Source: Clostridia bacterium
GTDB taxonomy: Bacteria; Bacillota; Clostridia; Oscillospirales; CAG-272
NCBI GenBank assembly: GCA_017465885.1
Contig: JAFTVG010000011.1
Span: 75,276 to 139,275 of the forward strand
Reading direction: 5' to 3'
DNA length: 64,000 bases
Part shown: positions 17,566-26,784 of the stretch, one piece after another
Layout of the letters: each line of letters opens with the position of its first letter
How positions within the stretch are numbered: position 1 is the first letter of the stretch
Position numbers and translations under genes: made by a program
The notes under the pieces: model-generated
The model's input: only the letters and a program-made list of their open reading frames with translations
Told to the model about the DNA's origin: nothing
Database searches by the model: none

Positions 17566-18558
17566 TTATTCTGCCCCGAGGGCGATCTTTAAAACGTTGA
17601 GGTTTTGCTCCATTAGCGAGATATAATCCTGACTCTCAAAGTCCTTTTCGGAAAGGATATGGCAGGAATGGAGCATCATCGCCTGCCCGCCCGTTCTCTT
17701 TGCCAGCGCTTCGGCATAGGAAGGATTGGAGTTTTCCATATAGAGGATGGCAGGCAGTCCCAGCTCGGACGCCTTTTTATAAAGGGCGTCCAGGGTGGTC
17801 AGCGAGGGCTCCACCGCCGAGGAGCATCCGAGAAATGCGGCATCAGCAAGAATGCCGTAGTCATTGCAAAGATAGCGGAAGGGGAAACGGTCGGCAAAGA
17901 TCAGGGTATTAAAAGTCTTTTTTTCCTTTAATTCCTCGAATTTGCCGTCAAGAACCGCCAGCTTTTCTTTATACGCCTTTGCATTTTCCTCGTAAAACGA
18001 GGCGTTTTCGGGGTCGATTTGCACCAGCTCGACAAGAATGCCCTCCACCAGCTCCATTGCTCTTTTGGGAGAGGTCCAGACGTGCTCGTCAAGCTCCTCC
18101 TCGTGATCGTGATCGTGGTCGTGATCGTGGTCATGCTCTTCCTCCTCCATCCCGGGGGTGGCGTCGTTACAAAGGGGCTCGTCGATCATGGAAAGCATGG
18201 TTTTATAAACGGCGTCCGACTTGATCGAGGATTGAAGCTCCGCCATCAACGCCCCGTCGGACTCTCCGCCCACAAACAAAAAGAGATCTGCTTCGTGAAG
18301 CTCGTCAAGCTTTGCAATGGAGATGTCCTTGAGCCCAAAGGAATGGGTCTCGGTACCGGGCATCATCAGCATTTCCGCCCGCACCTTGTCTCCTGCAATG
18401 TTTCTTAAAAAATCGTATTGAGGGAATACGGTGCAGACCACGTAAGGTCTGCCATCCTCCTGCCCTCCCCCAAAGGAGATATTGCAGGCGGTAAAAGCCC
18501 CCAAAAGAAGGGCTAAACAAAGGGCAAAAGCCCCAAAACGGCTGAATGTTCTGATCAT
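17566..18558 (-). CDS. znuA: Metal ABC transporter substrate-binding lipoprotein with a His/Asp-rich loop (ZnuA/AdcA-like)
   Basis: Lipobox GAFTAC, an EEEHDHDHDHDHDHEEE loop, and the cluster-9 SBP pattern. Start chosen at MIRTF (18558) with RBS ggagaggaag; the longer ORF-track start would overlap zur. Confidence 0.75.
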   Translation of the reverse strand: MIRTFSRFGAFALCLALLLGAFTACNISFGGGQEDGRPYVVCTVFPQYDFLRNIAGDKVRAEMLMMPGTETHSFGLKDISIAKLDELHEADLFLFVGGESDGALMAELQSSIKSDAVYKTMLSMIDEPLCNDATPGMEEEEHDHDHDHDHDHEEELDEHVWTSPKRAMELVEGILVELVQIDPENASFYEENAKAYKEKLAVLDGKFEELKEKKTFNTLIFADRFPFRYLCNDYGILADAAFLGCSSAVEPSLTTLDALYKKASELGLPAILYMENSNPSYAEALAKRTGGQAMMLHSCHILSEKDFESQDYISLMEQNLNVLKIALGAE

Positions 18559-18574
18559 CGGTCTTCCTCTCCGC

Positions 18575-19006
18575 TCACGTGCGGTTCTCTCTTTTTTCTT
18601 CATCGGTGCATTTTCCGCAAACGCCGTAAAGAACGCTTGCGCTGTTATCCACCGCAAAACGGTGGTTTTTTTCAATGTGGCGCAAAAGCTCGCTGGAAAG
18701 TCCGCATTCCAAATGGACCAGCGCCCCGCATTTGGTGCATTTCAGATGAAGATGCCCCTTGCAGTCGCTTTCGCTGTGATATTGATAAAGCCATCCTCGT
18801 CCCTGCTGCTTGGGGAAGCGCCTTAAGATCCCGTCCTCGGTCAGCTGCACCACCAAACGGTAGATCGTGCTTTTTCCAAGGGTCGCTCCCTCCTCGTCCT
18901 CCACCGCAAAGATCTCTGCAAGCTGTTCTGCCGAGAACTGCTTTTCGGGATGGCTTTTTAAAAAGGCGGTCAAAAGTTTTTTCTGTTCTGTCTGATATTT
19001 GCTCAT
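18575..19006 (-). CDS. zur: Fur-family transcriptional repressor, probably Zur
   Basis: 143 aa with a winged-helix N-terminus and two CxxC pairs (CTKCG ... CGKC). It is the first gene of the zinc transporter operon. Confidence 0.7.
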   Translation of the reverse strand: MSKYQTEQKKLLTAFLKSHPEKQFSAEQLAEIFAVEDEEGATLGKSTIYRLVVQLTEDGILRRFPKQQGRGWLYQYHSESDCKGHLHLKCTKCGALVHLECGLSSELLRHIEKNHRFAVDNSASVLYGVCGKCTDEEKRENRT

Positions 19007-19041
19007 ATTACCCTATTTTATAAATTGAGAATTACTCTTGA

Positions 19042-19070
19042 ATTATAGCGAAAAAGTTTTATTTTGTCAA
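19042..19070 (-). promoter_or_regulatory. Consensus sigma-A promoter of the zur-znu operon
   Basis: On the minus strand: TTGACA (19070-19065), 17-nt spacer, TATAAT (19047-19042). Confidence 0.7.
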
Positions 19071-19078
19071 GAGCATTT

Positions 19079-19093
19079 TGAAAATAATTCTCA
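19079..19093. promoter_or_regulatory. Fur/Zur-box-like 7-1-7 palindrome just upstream of the -35
   Basis: TGAGAAT-T-ATTTTCA (minus-strand reading) has one mismatch from perfect dyad symmetry and resembles TGATAATnATTATCA. A related half-site copy, TTGAGAATTACTCTTGAA, lies at 19025-19042 overlapping the -10. Confidence 0.45.
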
Positions 19094-19140
19094 AATTGAG
19101 GAGGCATTTTCAACGAAAAAGCCGTGAGGGGGATCATTCC

Positions 19141-20289
19141 TCACGGCTCTGTATATTCAAAAAAGGGCAGGATCATTTCAAAGCAGAGGCAAAGTCCGGG
19201 CAAAAGACTGTCTATCTCCACGTACTCTTCTCTGGTATGCGCCCCCTTGCCCTGACAACAGCCCACGCAAAGAGCGGGAATGCCCATAGAAAGGGGGATA
19301 TTACAGTCAGTGGACCCGGGCACGAAGGATACTTCCCTGCCGTAATGGGCAAGATACGCCGCTTTAGCCCGCTTTTCAAGGGCACCTTGCGCCCCTTCGT
19401 CCACCTTCACCCCGCAGGGGCGTTCCCCTATAGGCGTGACGGTAAGACGGGCGGAGGGCAGGTCAAACGCCTTTACCGTCCGTTCAAAAAAGTCCTTCAT
19501 ATAGGCAAGGCTCTCAGCGCTGTCCGAGCGGAACTCATAAAGCATCTCGGCATCCTGCGCGATGGTGTTTACCGAGGTACCGCCCGTTATCCTGCCCACG
19601 TTGTAGGTGGTTTTGCCTTCCTTTGGCAAGACCACCTTGTCAAGAGCGCAGATCAGCTCTGCCAAATGGGTGATGGCGTTCTTGTTTCCAAAGGCGTTAA
19701 AGGAATGCCCGCCCGCCGTTTTCACCGACACCCGATAGCGCATAGAGCCCACCGCGCGGTTCACGGCATAGCCCTGATCCATACTGTCAAAGGTGACAAG
19801 CTCTCTTACCCGCCCTCCGTAGCGGTCCATCAGGGCTCTACAACCCTTTAAGTTGCCCAGCCCCTCCTCACCGCTGTTGATGACCAGCAAAACCCCGCCG
19901 TCTGCGGGCGAAAGTCCCGTTTGGGCAAGATACTTCATTGCCATCAGCAAAGCAACAACGTTTGCGCTGTTATCCCCAATGCCCGGACAAAAGATCTTCC
20001 CCTCCTCTTGCCGCAAGGGCAAGGGCTGCTCATCGGGAAAAACCACGTCGCTGTGCGCCATAAAAACACGGATGGGTCCTTCCCCCTCACAGTTTATGGG
20101 GAAGACCACGTTGAGCGCTTCGTCGATATATACGCCCTGCGCGCCCTGCGCCTGCAGCCAATCCTTGCAAAAGGAGGCACGCCGCTCCTCTCTTCCCGAA
20201 AAGGCGGGAATTACGGCAAGACGCAAAAGCAGGTCCAGCGCCTCCTGACGATGCTCCCCTACATAGTCTAAAGTCCTTTGCTCAAGCAT
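19141..20289 (-). CDS. M20-family metallopeptidase / deacylase
   Basis: The pattern MAHSDVVFP...GIGDNSANV...NSGEEG is typical of M20/M25/M40 metal ligands. 382 aa. Confidence 0.75.
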   Translation of the reverse strand: MLEQRTLDYVGEHRQEALDLLLRLAVIPAFSGREERRASFCKDWLQAQGAQGVYIDEALNVVFPINCEGEGPIRVFMAHSDVVFPDEQPLPLRQEEGKIFCPGIGDNSANVVALLMAMKYLAQTGLSPADGGVLLVINSGEEGLGNLKGCRALMDRYGGRVRELVTFDSMDQGYAVNRAVGSMRYRVSVKTAGGHSFNAFGNKNAITHLAELICALDKVVLPKEGKTTYNVGRITGGTSVNTIAQDAEMLYEFRSDSAESLAYMKDFFERTVKAFDLPSARLTVTPIGERPCGVKVDEGAQGALEKRAKAAYLAHYGREVSFVPGSTDCNIPLSMGIPALCVGCCQGKGAHTREEYVEIDSLLPGLCLCFEMILPFFEYTEP

Positions 20290-21577
20290 CCTTTTTCTCC
20301 TTTCGCTTCACCGTTATAAGCAGCAGGAAGAGCGCCAATACTGCCGCGGCAACCAGGGCGGCGATGAAAATGCCCTCATTGGGCACGAAGGAGGTCGTGC
20401 CGTCGTTGTTTAAAACAGTCTCAGCGTTTTTTAACACCATTTTGCCGATAAAAGGACCGATTACACCGGGCAAAAGAACCTGGGCAAAGATGCGCACTCC
20501 CTGAAGCATCCCCGATTTTCCCTCGGGCGTCAGCGCTCTGATGCGCGCACCGAAGACCGCCATACCCGCAAGGTAGCCGCACATCATCAAAAGCGAACCA
20601 ATAAAGACAAGTGCCGTGCCTTTGAAGAAAATGAGCAGAATATAGCCTGCCATCAGCCACAAAAGGCTGATCCAAGAGGAAAAGGCAAAGCCCTTCTTGT
20701 CATAGACCCTGCCCCACAAGGCGGTGACCACCGAGGCAAGGATGATGGCGGGCGCCATAATCAGCACGTAGTCGGTCATCTTCAGCGACACCTCGTAATA
20801 GAGGATGAGATAGGGCATAAAGATCTGAATGGAGATATTGAACAGCACGAAGGCGCAAAGGCTGAAGTAAAGAGAGGCGTTGCTCTTGACGGTGGAGGGC
20901 AGGAAGCCGTAAAAGACCGTTTTGAAGTATCCTTCCTTCACCGGAGCGATCTTGGGCTCCTTGATAAGGAAAAAGCCAAGCACACCCACCAACAGCACCA
21001 CACCGCCGATGATGAAAAAGACTGCCGTCCAGCTTCCTTCTTTATCAAGATCAAAAGCCATAAAGCCGCCGAAGACCGCCAATATGGCAACCAAAGGCAT
21101 CATAGCGTTGATCCCCTCCGCCGCACCGCGGTTTGAAGGATCGGTGCTGTCGGTCAGCCACGCGTTGAAGGCGGCATCGTTGGCGGTAGAGCCGAAAAAG
21201 GTCATCAGGCAGTCAAGAACGATGGTCAGCGACACCCCCACCGCGGCGGCGGAAAGAGTCTGCGGAATGACCGCCGAGATCAGATCCTTTTTTAAAAGGG
21301 CAAAGGCAAGGATGGAAATGCCCCAAAGGATATAGACCATACACATAAAGAGCTTTCTTTTCCCCACCTTGTCCGAAAGCGCGCCCATAAAAACGGTGGT
21401 CACCGTTGCCGCCACCGCACTTGCGCCCACCATCAGCGAAATATCGCCTGCCGAGGCATTAAACATCTTATACATAAAGACGTTTAAATACATATTCTCC
21501 ACCACCCAGGCGATCTGTCCGATCAGGCTGAAGATGGTGAGTGCCGTCCAAAACTTTGGGGATAGCCTTTTTTTCAT
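20282..21577 (-). CDS. MFS transporter
   Basis: About 12 predicted TM helices. The loop motif GALSDKVGKRK is typical of MFS motif A. Confidence 0.75.
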   Translation of the reverse strand: MKKRLSPKFWTALTIFSLIGQIAWVVENMYLNVFMYKMFNASAGDISLMVGASAVAATVTTVFMGALSDKVGKRKLFMCMVYILWGISILAFALLKKDLISAVIPQTLSAAAVGVSLTIVLDCLMTFFGSTANDAAFNAWLTDSTDPSNRGAAEGINAMMPLVAILAVFGGFMAFDLDKEGSWTAVFFIIGGVVLLVGVLGFFLIKEPKIAPVKEGYFKTVFYGFLPSTVKSNASLYFSLCAFVLFNISIQIFMPYLILYYEVSLKMTDYVLIMAPAIILASVVTALWGRVYDKKGFAFSSWISLLWLMAGYILLIFFKGTALVFIGSLLMMCGYLAGMAVFGARIRALTPEGKSGMLQGVRIFAQVLLPGVIGPFIGKMVLKNAETVLNNDGTTSFVPNEGIFIAALVAAAVLALFLLLITVKRKEKKDA

Positions 21578-21658
21578 AGCAAAATCCTTTCTTTATATGA
21601 GTTTACCGTTTACAGTATAACACAAAAAGGCGCGGTTGTAAAGCAACAGTTTTAAGCA

Positions 21659-21687
21659 TTGACAAACCAAGCTCTATATGCTATACT
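21659..21687 (+). promoter_or_regulatory. Sigma-A promoter
   Basis: TTGACA, 17-nt spacer, TATACT, followed by a leader of about 75 nt containing the hairpin AGAGGA-tctc-TCCTCT. Confidence 0.6.
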
Positions 21688-21764
21688 AAAAAAGAGGATC
21701 TCTCCTCTTTACGGATCAAGCCGCAGGGGCAAGCCCCAAATTCATTCGGAAGATCCAAAAAGCA

Positions 21765-22352
21765 ATGAGCATTCCCACTTTAAAAGAGCATATCAACGAC
21801 TATTTATCGGGCAGGATTTCAAGAGAGGAGCTGGATCAAAAGCTTGACACCCTGCATCATCAGGTGATCCTGCGTCTGAAGGACGATCTCTATTTTGAGG
21901 ATCTCTTTCTTTCCGCCCTGCTGCCCCATCTGACTGCCCTTCCCGAGCAGGCATATAGCGATGAAGAGCTGCGCCTTCTTTTAAAGGCACTTGAGGATGG
22001 ACAGCCCTTTTGCCTGCCCTGCTTCATCACCCTTTCGCCCCGTCACCTAAACGACCACGATCTGAATGTGCTTTGCCTTGGAGAAGATTACCTGAAAAAA
22101 GGAGAGCTGCACGAAAGCCCTCTTTTTGAAAACAAGCGCTATGAATTTGAGATCCCCAAAACGCTGCCCTCTCTGATGGCAAAGGATCTTTTGTACCTTT
22201 TATGGATGGCAAAAAAGCCCGAATGGGTGCTTTCTAAAACAGGTCTTGACCGCAGGGAGCTGAAAGAAAAGATCCAAAGCCTCGTTCTCCTGCTATCGGG
22301 AATGAGGACGGCATACCTGAGAGTGGGCGTAGACTGCGCCGCGGTGCTTTGA
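21765..22352 (+). CDS. Hypothetical cytoplasmic protein (195 aa)
   Basis: Clean ORF with its own promoter. No recognisable motif. Confidence 0.5.
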   Translation: MSIPTLKEHINDYLSGRISREELDQKLDTLHHQVILRLKDDLYFEDLFLSALLPHLTALPEQAYSDEELRLLLKALEDGQPFCLPCFITLSPRHLNDHDLNVLCLGEDYLKKGELHESPLFENKRYEFEIPKTLPSLMAKDLLYLLWMAKKPEWVLSKTGLDRRELKEKIQSLVLLLSGMRTAYLRVGVDCAAVL

Positions 22353-22532
22353 CTGCCGCGTTTCGCTCATTTTTTTAATACCCGGATAGACCGCATTCAG
22401 CGTGCTGTAACAGCAACCGAAGCGGTCTTTTGATTTATTGCAAAAAACAAAAAATTTTTGACATTCCTGCAACCGTTGTCAAAAAAAGTTGCTTGTATGG
22501 TTGAAGGCCTTTAAAGACAGAAAGGAGTGCGT

Positions 22533-23093
22533 ATGGATGACAGCATGATCGTGGACCAGTATTTGTCACGAAACGAAGAAGCCATTAAAAGCACTGCGGC
22601 TAAATATGGAAAAGCACTCAATACGCTGGCATTTTCTTTTTTGGAAGATCACGCCACGGCGGATGAATGTGAAAACGACACCTATTTTGCCGCTTGGAAT
22701 GCCATTCCGCCCCACGAACCAAGAAACTATCTCTTCCCCTTTTTACGCAAGATCACAAGACAGCTCTGCTTGAACCGCATCAAAGAAGGCAAGCGGCAAA
22801 AGCGCCGGGCGGAGATCGTTCAAATGAGCGAAGAGATGGCAAACTGTCTGCCCTCTGCTCAAAGCGTGGAAAGCGAGCTTGACGCGCAAGCGCTGGGCAA
22901 AGCCATCAGCAGTTTTTTAAAATCGATTTCGAAGGATCGCAGAGAGGTGTTCGTTCGCCGATACTGGTATCTTGAATCGATAAAAAGCATCGCCGATCAC
23001 TGCGGCATCAGCGAGAGCAACACCAAAAGCATTCTTTTCAGAACCAGAACCGAACTAAAACTTTATCTTGAAAAGGAGGGCTATACGATATGA
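22533..23093 (+). CDS. ECF-type RNA polymerase sigma factor
   Basis: About 186 aa. Has a region-2-like segment (DTYFAAWNAIP) and a region-4 HTH (SIKSIADHCGISESNTKSILFRTRTELKLYL). RBS aaaggag. Overlaps the next gene by 4 bp. Confidence 0.8.
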   Translation: MDDSMIVDQYLSRNEEAIKSTAAKYGKALNTLAFSFLEDHATADECENDTYFAAWNAIPPHEPRNYLFPFLRKITRQLCLNRIKEGKRQKRRAEIVQMSEEMANCLPSAQSVESELDAQALGKAISSFLKSISKDRREVFVRRYWYLESIKSIADHCGISESNTKSILFRTRTELKLYLEKEGYTI

Positions 23094-24229
23094 ATCAACG
23101 AGATCCATTAGAACTGATCGGGTATCTTGACGATTCGTTAATTGACGAAATCACCCCCTGCCCTACCCCCCAAAAACGCCCTTTGCGCTTTCGCTATCTT
23201 GCCGTTGCCGCGCTGATTGCCGCGTTGCTCACTGCCCTGACCGCCTTCGTATTCGCGTTCATCAAGCATCCCCCCACGGCGACAGACCCTTTGCCACCCT
23301 CGGAAAGCTTGATTTTACCCGAGGACGATCTGCTTTACGTCACGATAGACATCAACCCCTCGGTGGAGTTTACCGTAAAAGGACAGACAGTCATTGCCTT
23401 TAAGGCGTACAATGATGACGGCGCCGCGATCCTGAAGGACGAGGAATACTGCGGCAAGCATCTTTCCTCGGTGATTCCTGCCTTTATGGAAAAGCTGATG
23501 GAGGAGGGGTATTTAAAGCCCGGAGATGATCTGTCCGTCCTGCTGATCTCTGCAAGAGGAAGCACCGACTCGGCAATCGAAGCCTTGCTTGATACCGTAG
23601 TGGACATTGCGGAAAAAACGCTTTCGGAAGAGCAAATTCAAGCCTGCCTATTGGCAGAACCCATTTTAGATGCGCAAAAGGCAGAGGAAATGGCTGACCT
23701 TTACGGCGTTTCTCCCGGAAAGATCCAGTATTTGATGAATATTTTCGAGTACGACATGGATCTGGTCCCCGCGGATGCCGCCGAATTCACCCTTGTGGAG
23801 CTGTTCCGCATTGATATGAAGCGCCGTCTTTACCCGCCCAAATATCAAGTAGGTGAATATGACGAGTACGGTGAGTTGGTGCTGTACGTATCCATCTACG
23901 AGGAACCAAATCACCAATACGTCCCCTTTGAGGCACTGTCCAAGGAAGAGCAGGCAGAGCTGAAGAGAAATTATTCTCAAGAAGACCTTGACATTATGTT
24001 TGCCCCCCGCGTCTGGACGACGATGCCAAACGTGGTGGGACTTCCCAAAGAAGAGGCAGTTGATCTGTTGCACAGCCGCAACATTGCGGTGCGTATCACC
24101 TACGTTCACAGCCTCGATCATCTGGTAAGCGGCGACGATTTTAAACGGGGCGACTGCGTCAAACAGGAATTCAAGCCGGGACGACGGCACAATTCCGATG
24201 CCATCGTCACCATCTGGGTCTATCAATAG
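23090..24229 (+). CDS. Putative single-pass anti-sigma factor with a C-terminal extracytoplasmic PASTA-like domain
   Basis: Translationally coupled to the ECF sigma gene. Short cytoplasmic N-terminus, one TM (YLAVAALIAALLTALTAFVFAFI), and a last ~70 aa (MPNVVGLPKEEAVDLLHSRNIAVRITYVHS...GDCVKQEFKPGRRHNSDAIVTIWV) that follows the PASTA pattern. Confidence 0.6.
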   Translation: MNQRDPLELIGYLDDSLIDEITPCPTPQKRPLRFRYLAVAALIAALLTALTAFVFAFIKHPPTATDPLPPSESLILPEDDLLYVTIDINPSVEFTVKGQTVIAFKAYNDDGAAILKDEEYCGKHLSSVIPAFMEKLMEEGYLKPGDDLSVLLISARGSTDSAIEALLDTVVDIAEKTLSEEQIQACLLAEPILDAQKAEEMADLYGVSPGKIQYLMNIFEYDMDLVPADAAEFTLVELFRIDMKRRLYPPKYQVGEYDEYGELVLYVSIYEEPNHQYVPFEALSKEEQAELKRNYSQEDLDIMFAPRVWTTMPNVVGLPKEEAVDLLHSRNIAVRITYVHSLDHLVSGDDFKRGDCVKQEFKPGRRHNSDAIVTIWVYQ

Positions 24230-24258
24230 TACCCAACACAAAGAAAGGAACGTCATTT

Positions 24259-25560
24259 ATGAAACGAACGATAAAATTACTGTCTATGTTGCTTTTCGTT
24301 GCAATAGTGCTTTGCACTCTTGGCGGATGCACGGACGATTCCCTGCCAAGTACCGGGGAAAGCTCCCCCACGCTTCCCTCCTCCAAGGAGCCCCCGGCCA
24401 CCAAGCCCGCAGAGCAGCCCTCTGCCGATCCTTCCTCAACGCTTCCCGTTGATCCCCCCTTTTTGAAGGAGTTCGTTACCGAGGACGACCTGATCGGAGC
24501 AGTTTACTGCCAGACTTTCGGCGATTTGAAAGAGCATTTTAAAATGGAAGGTCAAAAGGGAAAAGAGGATATGACCTACGAATGGAAGCACGAAAGCGGC
24601 GGCACGCTTGTAGTGACCCTTGATTTTCCCATGTCCTTTCACATCACCCTCAGCGACTACGTCATCAAATCTATGAAGCTCCTGCCCAATGACTCTATTT
24701 CGTCCGTAAAGATCGGCGTTAAGATCCGTCCCGGTGCACATGCAGAAGAGGTTGCAACCGACATTATAAACGGGCTCTCCGTTTCGGGAGATCTGGTCAA
24801 GGACGTGATGTACAACTACGATTTCTCTCAAATGGGCTATTGGTTTTATTCGCTGATCCCCGAAAGCGATGAGGGTCTTCCCGAATTCTCGGGATGCGGT
24901 CTTGAAGGCTATCTTCCCTGCGGATGGTATTTCGTCAATGAATTCGACACCGAAAGCGAAGAAGCCTCAAGGGCTGCCATAGCAGAGCTTCTCTGCGCTC
25001 AGCTTTCCCGCTTTAACGAAACGGTTTTGGAAAGCACGTTAAAAGAGCATCAGGACTATATGGCAAAGCATTACCCCGGCGTCCCCTGTGCAAAGACCTT
25101 TACCCAGCTGTTGACCATGGCGTCGCTCATTCAGGCAGACGGTATCGGTCGCCCTGAATTTTACCCCACCATTGCCGCAACCTACTTTAACCGCTTGGGC
25201 GCTGACTCCTATGAAAACATCCAGGGCAGGCTTTGCAGTCCCGCTTCGCTTTATTTTGAGGTTTACAAAATTACGGGGCTTCACGGCAGAGTGGAAGGGC
25301 TGAACATTGGCGAATACGATCATTATGATTTTGACTTCAACACCTTCAAGCAGGCGGGCATCCCCTCTTCCCCCGTATGCTCTCCCTCGCCCGAGGCACT
25401 TGCCGCGGCAGTAACACCCAAAAAGGATTGTGCGTATTATTACTATGCGCCCGTTTCCCGGGATCAAAGCACCACACCCATGGCGTTGTATTTTGCGCAA
25501 ACGGCTGAAGAATTCATTGCCGATTGCAAAAAAACGGGATGGCGCGTCCTGCCCGATTAA
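24259..25560 (+). CDS. Lipoprotein with a C-terminal YceG/MltG-like domain (catalytic motif altered)
   Basis: Lipobox TLGGC. The C-terminal half aligns by eye to MltG: MASLIQADGIGRPE..YFNRL / FNTFKQAGIPSSPVCSPSPEALAAAVTP / YYYY. The E. coli EKE motif corresponds to QAD here (25132-25140). Confidence 0.55.
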   Translation: MKRTIKLLSMLLFVAIVLCTLGGCTDDSLPSTGESSPTLPSSKEPPATKPAEQPSADPSSTLPVDPPFLKEFVTEDDLIGAVYCQTFGDLKEHFKMEGQKGKEDMTYEWKHESGGTLVVTLDFPMSFHITLSDYVIKSMKLLPNDSISSVKIGVKIRPGAHAEEVATDIINGLSVSGDLVKDVMYNYDFSQMGYWFYSLIPESDEGLPEFSGCGLEGYLPCGWYFVNEFDTESEEASRAAIAELLCAQLSRFNETVLESTLKEHQDYMAKHYPGVPCAKTFTQLLTMASLIQADGIGRPEFYPTIAATYFNRLGADSYENIQGRLCSPASLYFEVYKITGLHGRVEGLNIGEYDHYDFDFNTFKQAGIPSSPVCSPSPEALAAAVTPKKDCAYYYYAPVSRDQSTTPMALYFAQTAEEFIADCKKTGWRVLPD

Positions 25561-25599
25561 AAAAGATCTTAAACCACCGTAAAAGAAAGGAAATCGAAA

Positions 25600-25800
25600 G
25601 TGAATAGCTTTGGAAAAAATCTGAAAGACTGCCGAGAGCAGTCGGGATACACCCAAAAAAGACTGGGGAATGCCCTGGCGCTCACTCCGCAGGCTATTTC
25701 CAAATGGGAAACGGGCGTTTCCCTCCCCGATTTGATCACTCTTGCAAAGATTTCTCACATTCTGAACGTCAGCGCAGATGCGTTGCTGAATGGCTGCTGA
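25600..25800 (+). CDS. Small XRE-family HTH protein (66 aa)
   Basis: GTG start with RBS aaaggaaa. HTH_3 pattern GYTQKRLGNALALTPQAISKWETG. Confidence 0.7.
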   Translation: MNSFGKNLKDCREQSGYTQKRLGNALALTPQAISKWETGVSLPDLITLAKISHILNVSADALLNGC

Positions 25801-25890
25801 CACGGATGATCACAAAGAGGTGCTTCCCGCAGGTGCGGCGGAAAGCACCTCTTTTTTGTTTTTTTAACATATTTCTTTTTTGAAATGTTC

Positions 25891-25919
25891 TTGACAACAG
25901 CCCCTTACCGTGCTATACT
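25891..25919 (+). promoter_or_regulatory. Sigma-A promoter driving the riboswitch-folT unit
   Basis: TTGACA, 17-nt spacer, TATACT. Confidence 0.7.
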
Positions 25920-25941
25920 GAAAACACAAAATAAAACCAAA

Positions 25942-26037
25942 ACAGAGTAAGCTTTTTTGCGTAAAGTGCCGTGGGGACGGGGAGTTGCCCGACGGACGAA
26001 GGCTATGCCGCGGTAAAAAGGCTGCATCCCGCTGTTG
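25942..26037 (+). ncRNA. THF (tetrahydrofolate) riboswitch
   Basis: ACAGAGUAAG..GCGUAAAGUG..ACGAAGGC..GCCGCGGU..GCAUCCCGCUGU matches, block by block, the conserved THF-riboswitch core as I recall it (AGAGUAG..GCGUUAAGUG..ACGAAGC..GCGCGGUG..GCAUCCGCUC). It lies upstream of a folate-type ECF S component. ACCTCC (26057-26062) can pair with the SD GGAGGT (26090-26095). Confidence 0.8.
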
Positions 26038-26101
26038 CATAAGGACTTTTATAAAAACCTCCCTATGCAGCCACAGGAACGCTGTATAAGGAGGTCTTTT
26101 T

Positions 26102-26719
26102 ATGAAAAAAAACAATCAAAACACCCCTATCACCCGTTCTTCAAGAGAAAAAACAAGATACGCCTTGAAGCTTCTGTCTGCCTGCGCGCTGATGACCGCC
26201 CTTTCGGTGGTGCTTGACGGCTTTCTTGCCATCCCCGTGGGGGGCGGGATCAAGTTCACCTTCGGCTTCCTGCCCCCTGCCATCATCGGTATGCTCTACG
26301 GGCCTCTGCCCTCGGCGCTGGTCTTCGGGATTGCCGATCTGATCGCCGTTTTCACGGGGCTGTCCTTCGGTCCCTTCCATCCCGGATTTACCTTTTGCAA
26401 CATCCTGATGGGACTCTGCTTCGGGCTGCTCCTGCATCCCGATCCCCTGCCCTTTTTTAAGAAGAAGCTTCTCCCCTCCCATCCGCGGCTTCGCCTGACG
26501 ATCGGTGTGATCGTCCCCTCGCTTTTCAACAATTTGGTCTGCGGACTGCTTCTAAACACCTGGTGGGTGAGTATGATCTATGGCTCCAAGACCTATTTCG
26601 GCTGGTTTTTATACCGCCTGCCCCAATATGCAGTGATGATCCCCGTTTACGTCATCCTGCTCTTTACCCTTGCAAAGATTGCCCCCACCCTTCGAAGGAT
26701 GGGCTTTGGCAAGGCTTGA
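26102..26719 (+). CDS. folT: Folate-family ECF transporter S component
   Basis: 205-aa membrane protein with about 6 TM helices and an S-component-like pattern, directly controlled by a THF riboswitch. Confidence 0.7.
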   Translation: MKKNNQNTPITRSSREKTRYALKLLSACALMTALSVVLDGFLAIPVGGGIKFTFGFLPPAIIGMLYGPLPSALVFGIADLIAVFTGLSFGPFHPGFTFCNILMGLCFGLLLHPDPLPFFKKKLLPSHPRLRLTIGVIVPSLFNNLVCGLLLNTWWVSMIYGSKTYFGWFLYRLPQYAVMIPVYVILLFTLAKIAPTLRRMGFGKA

Positions 26720-26784
26720 ACAAAAAGAAAACCGCTTCGCTCTCCAAAGGAAAGCGAAACGGTTTTTGTTTTTGGCGGGAGTGA

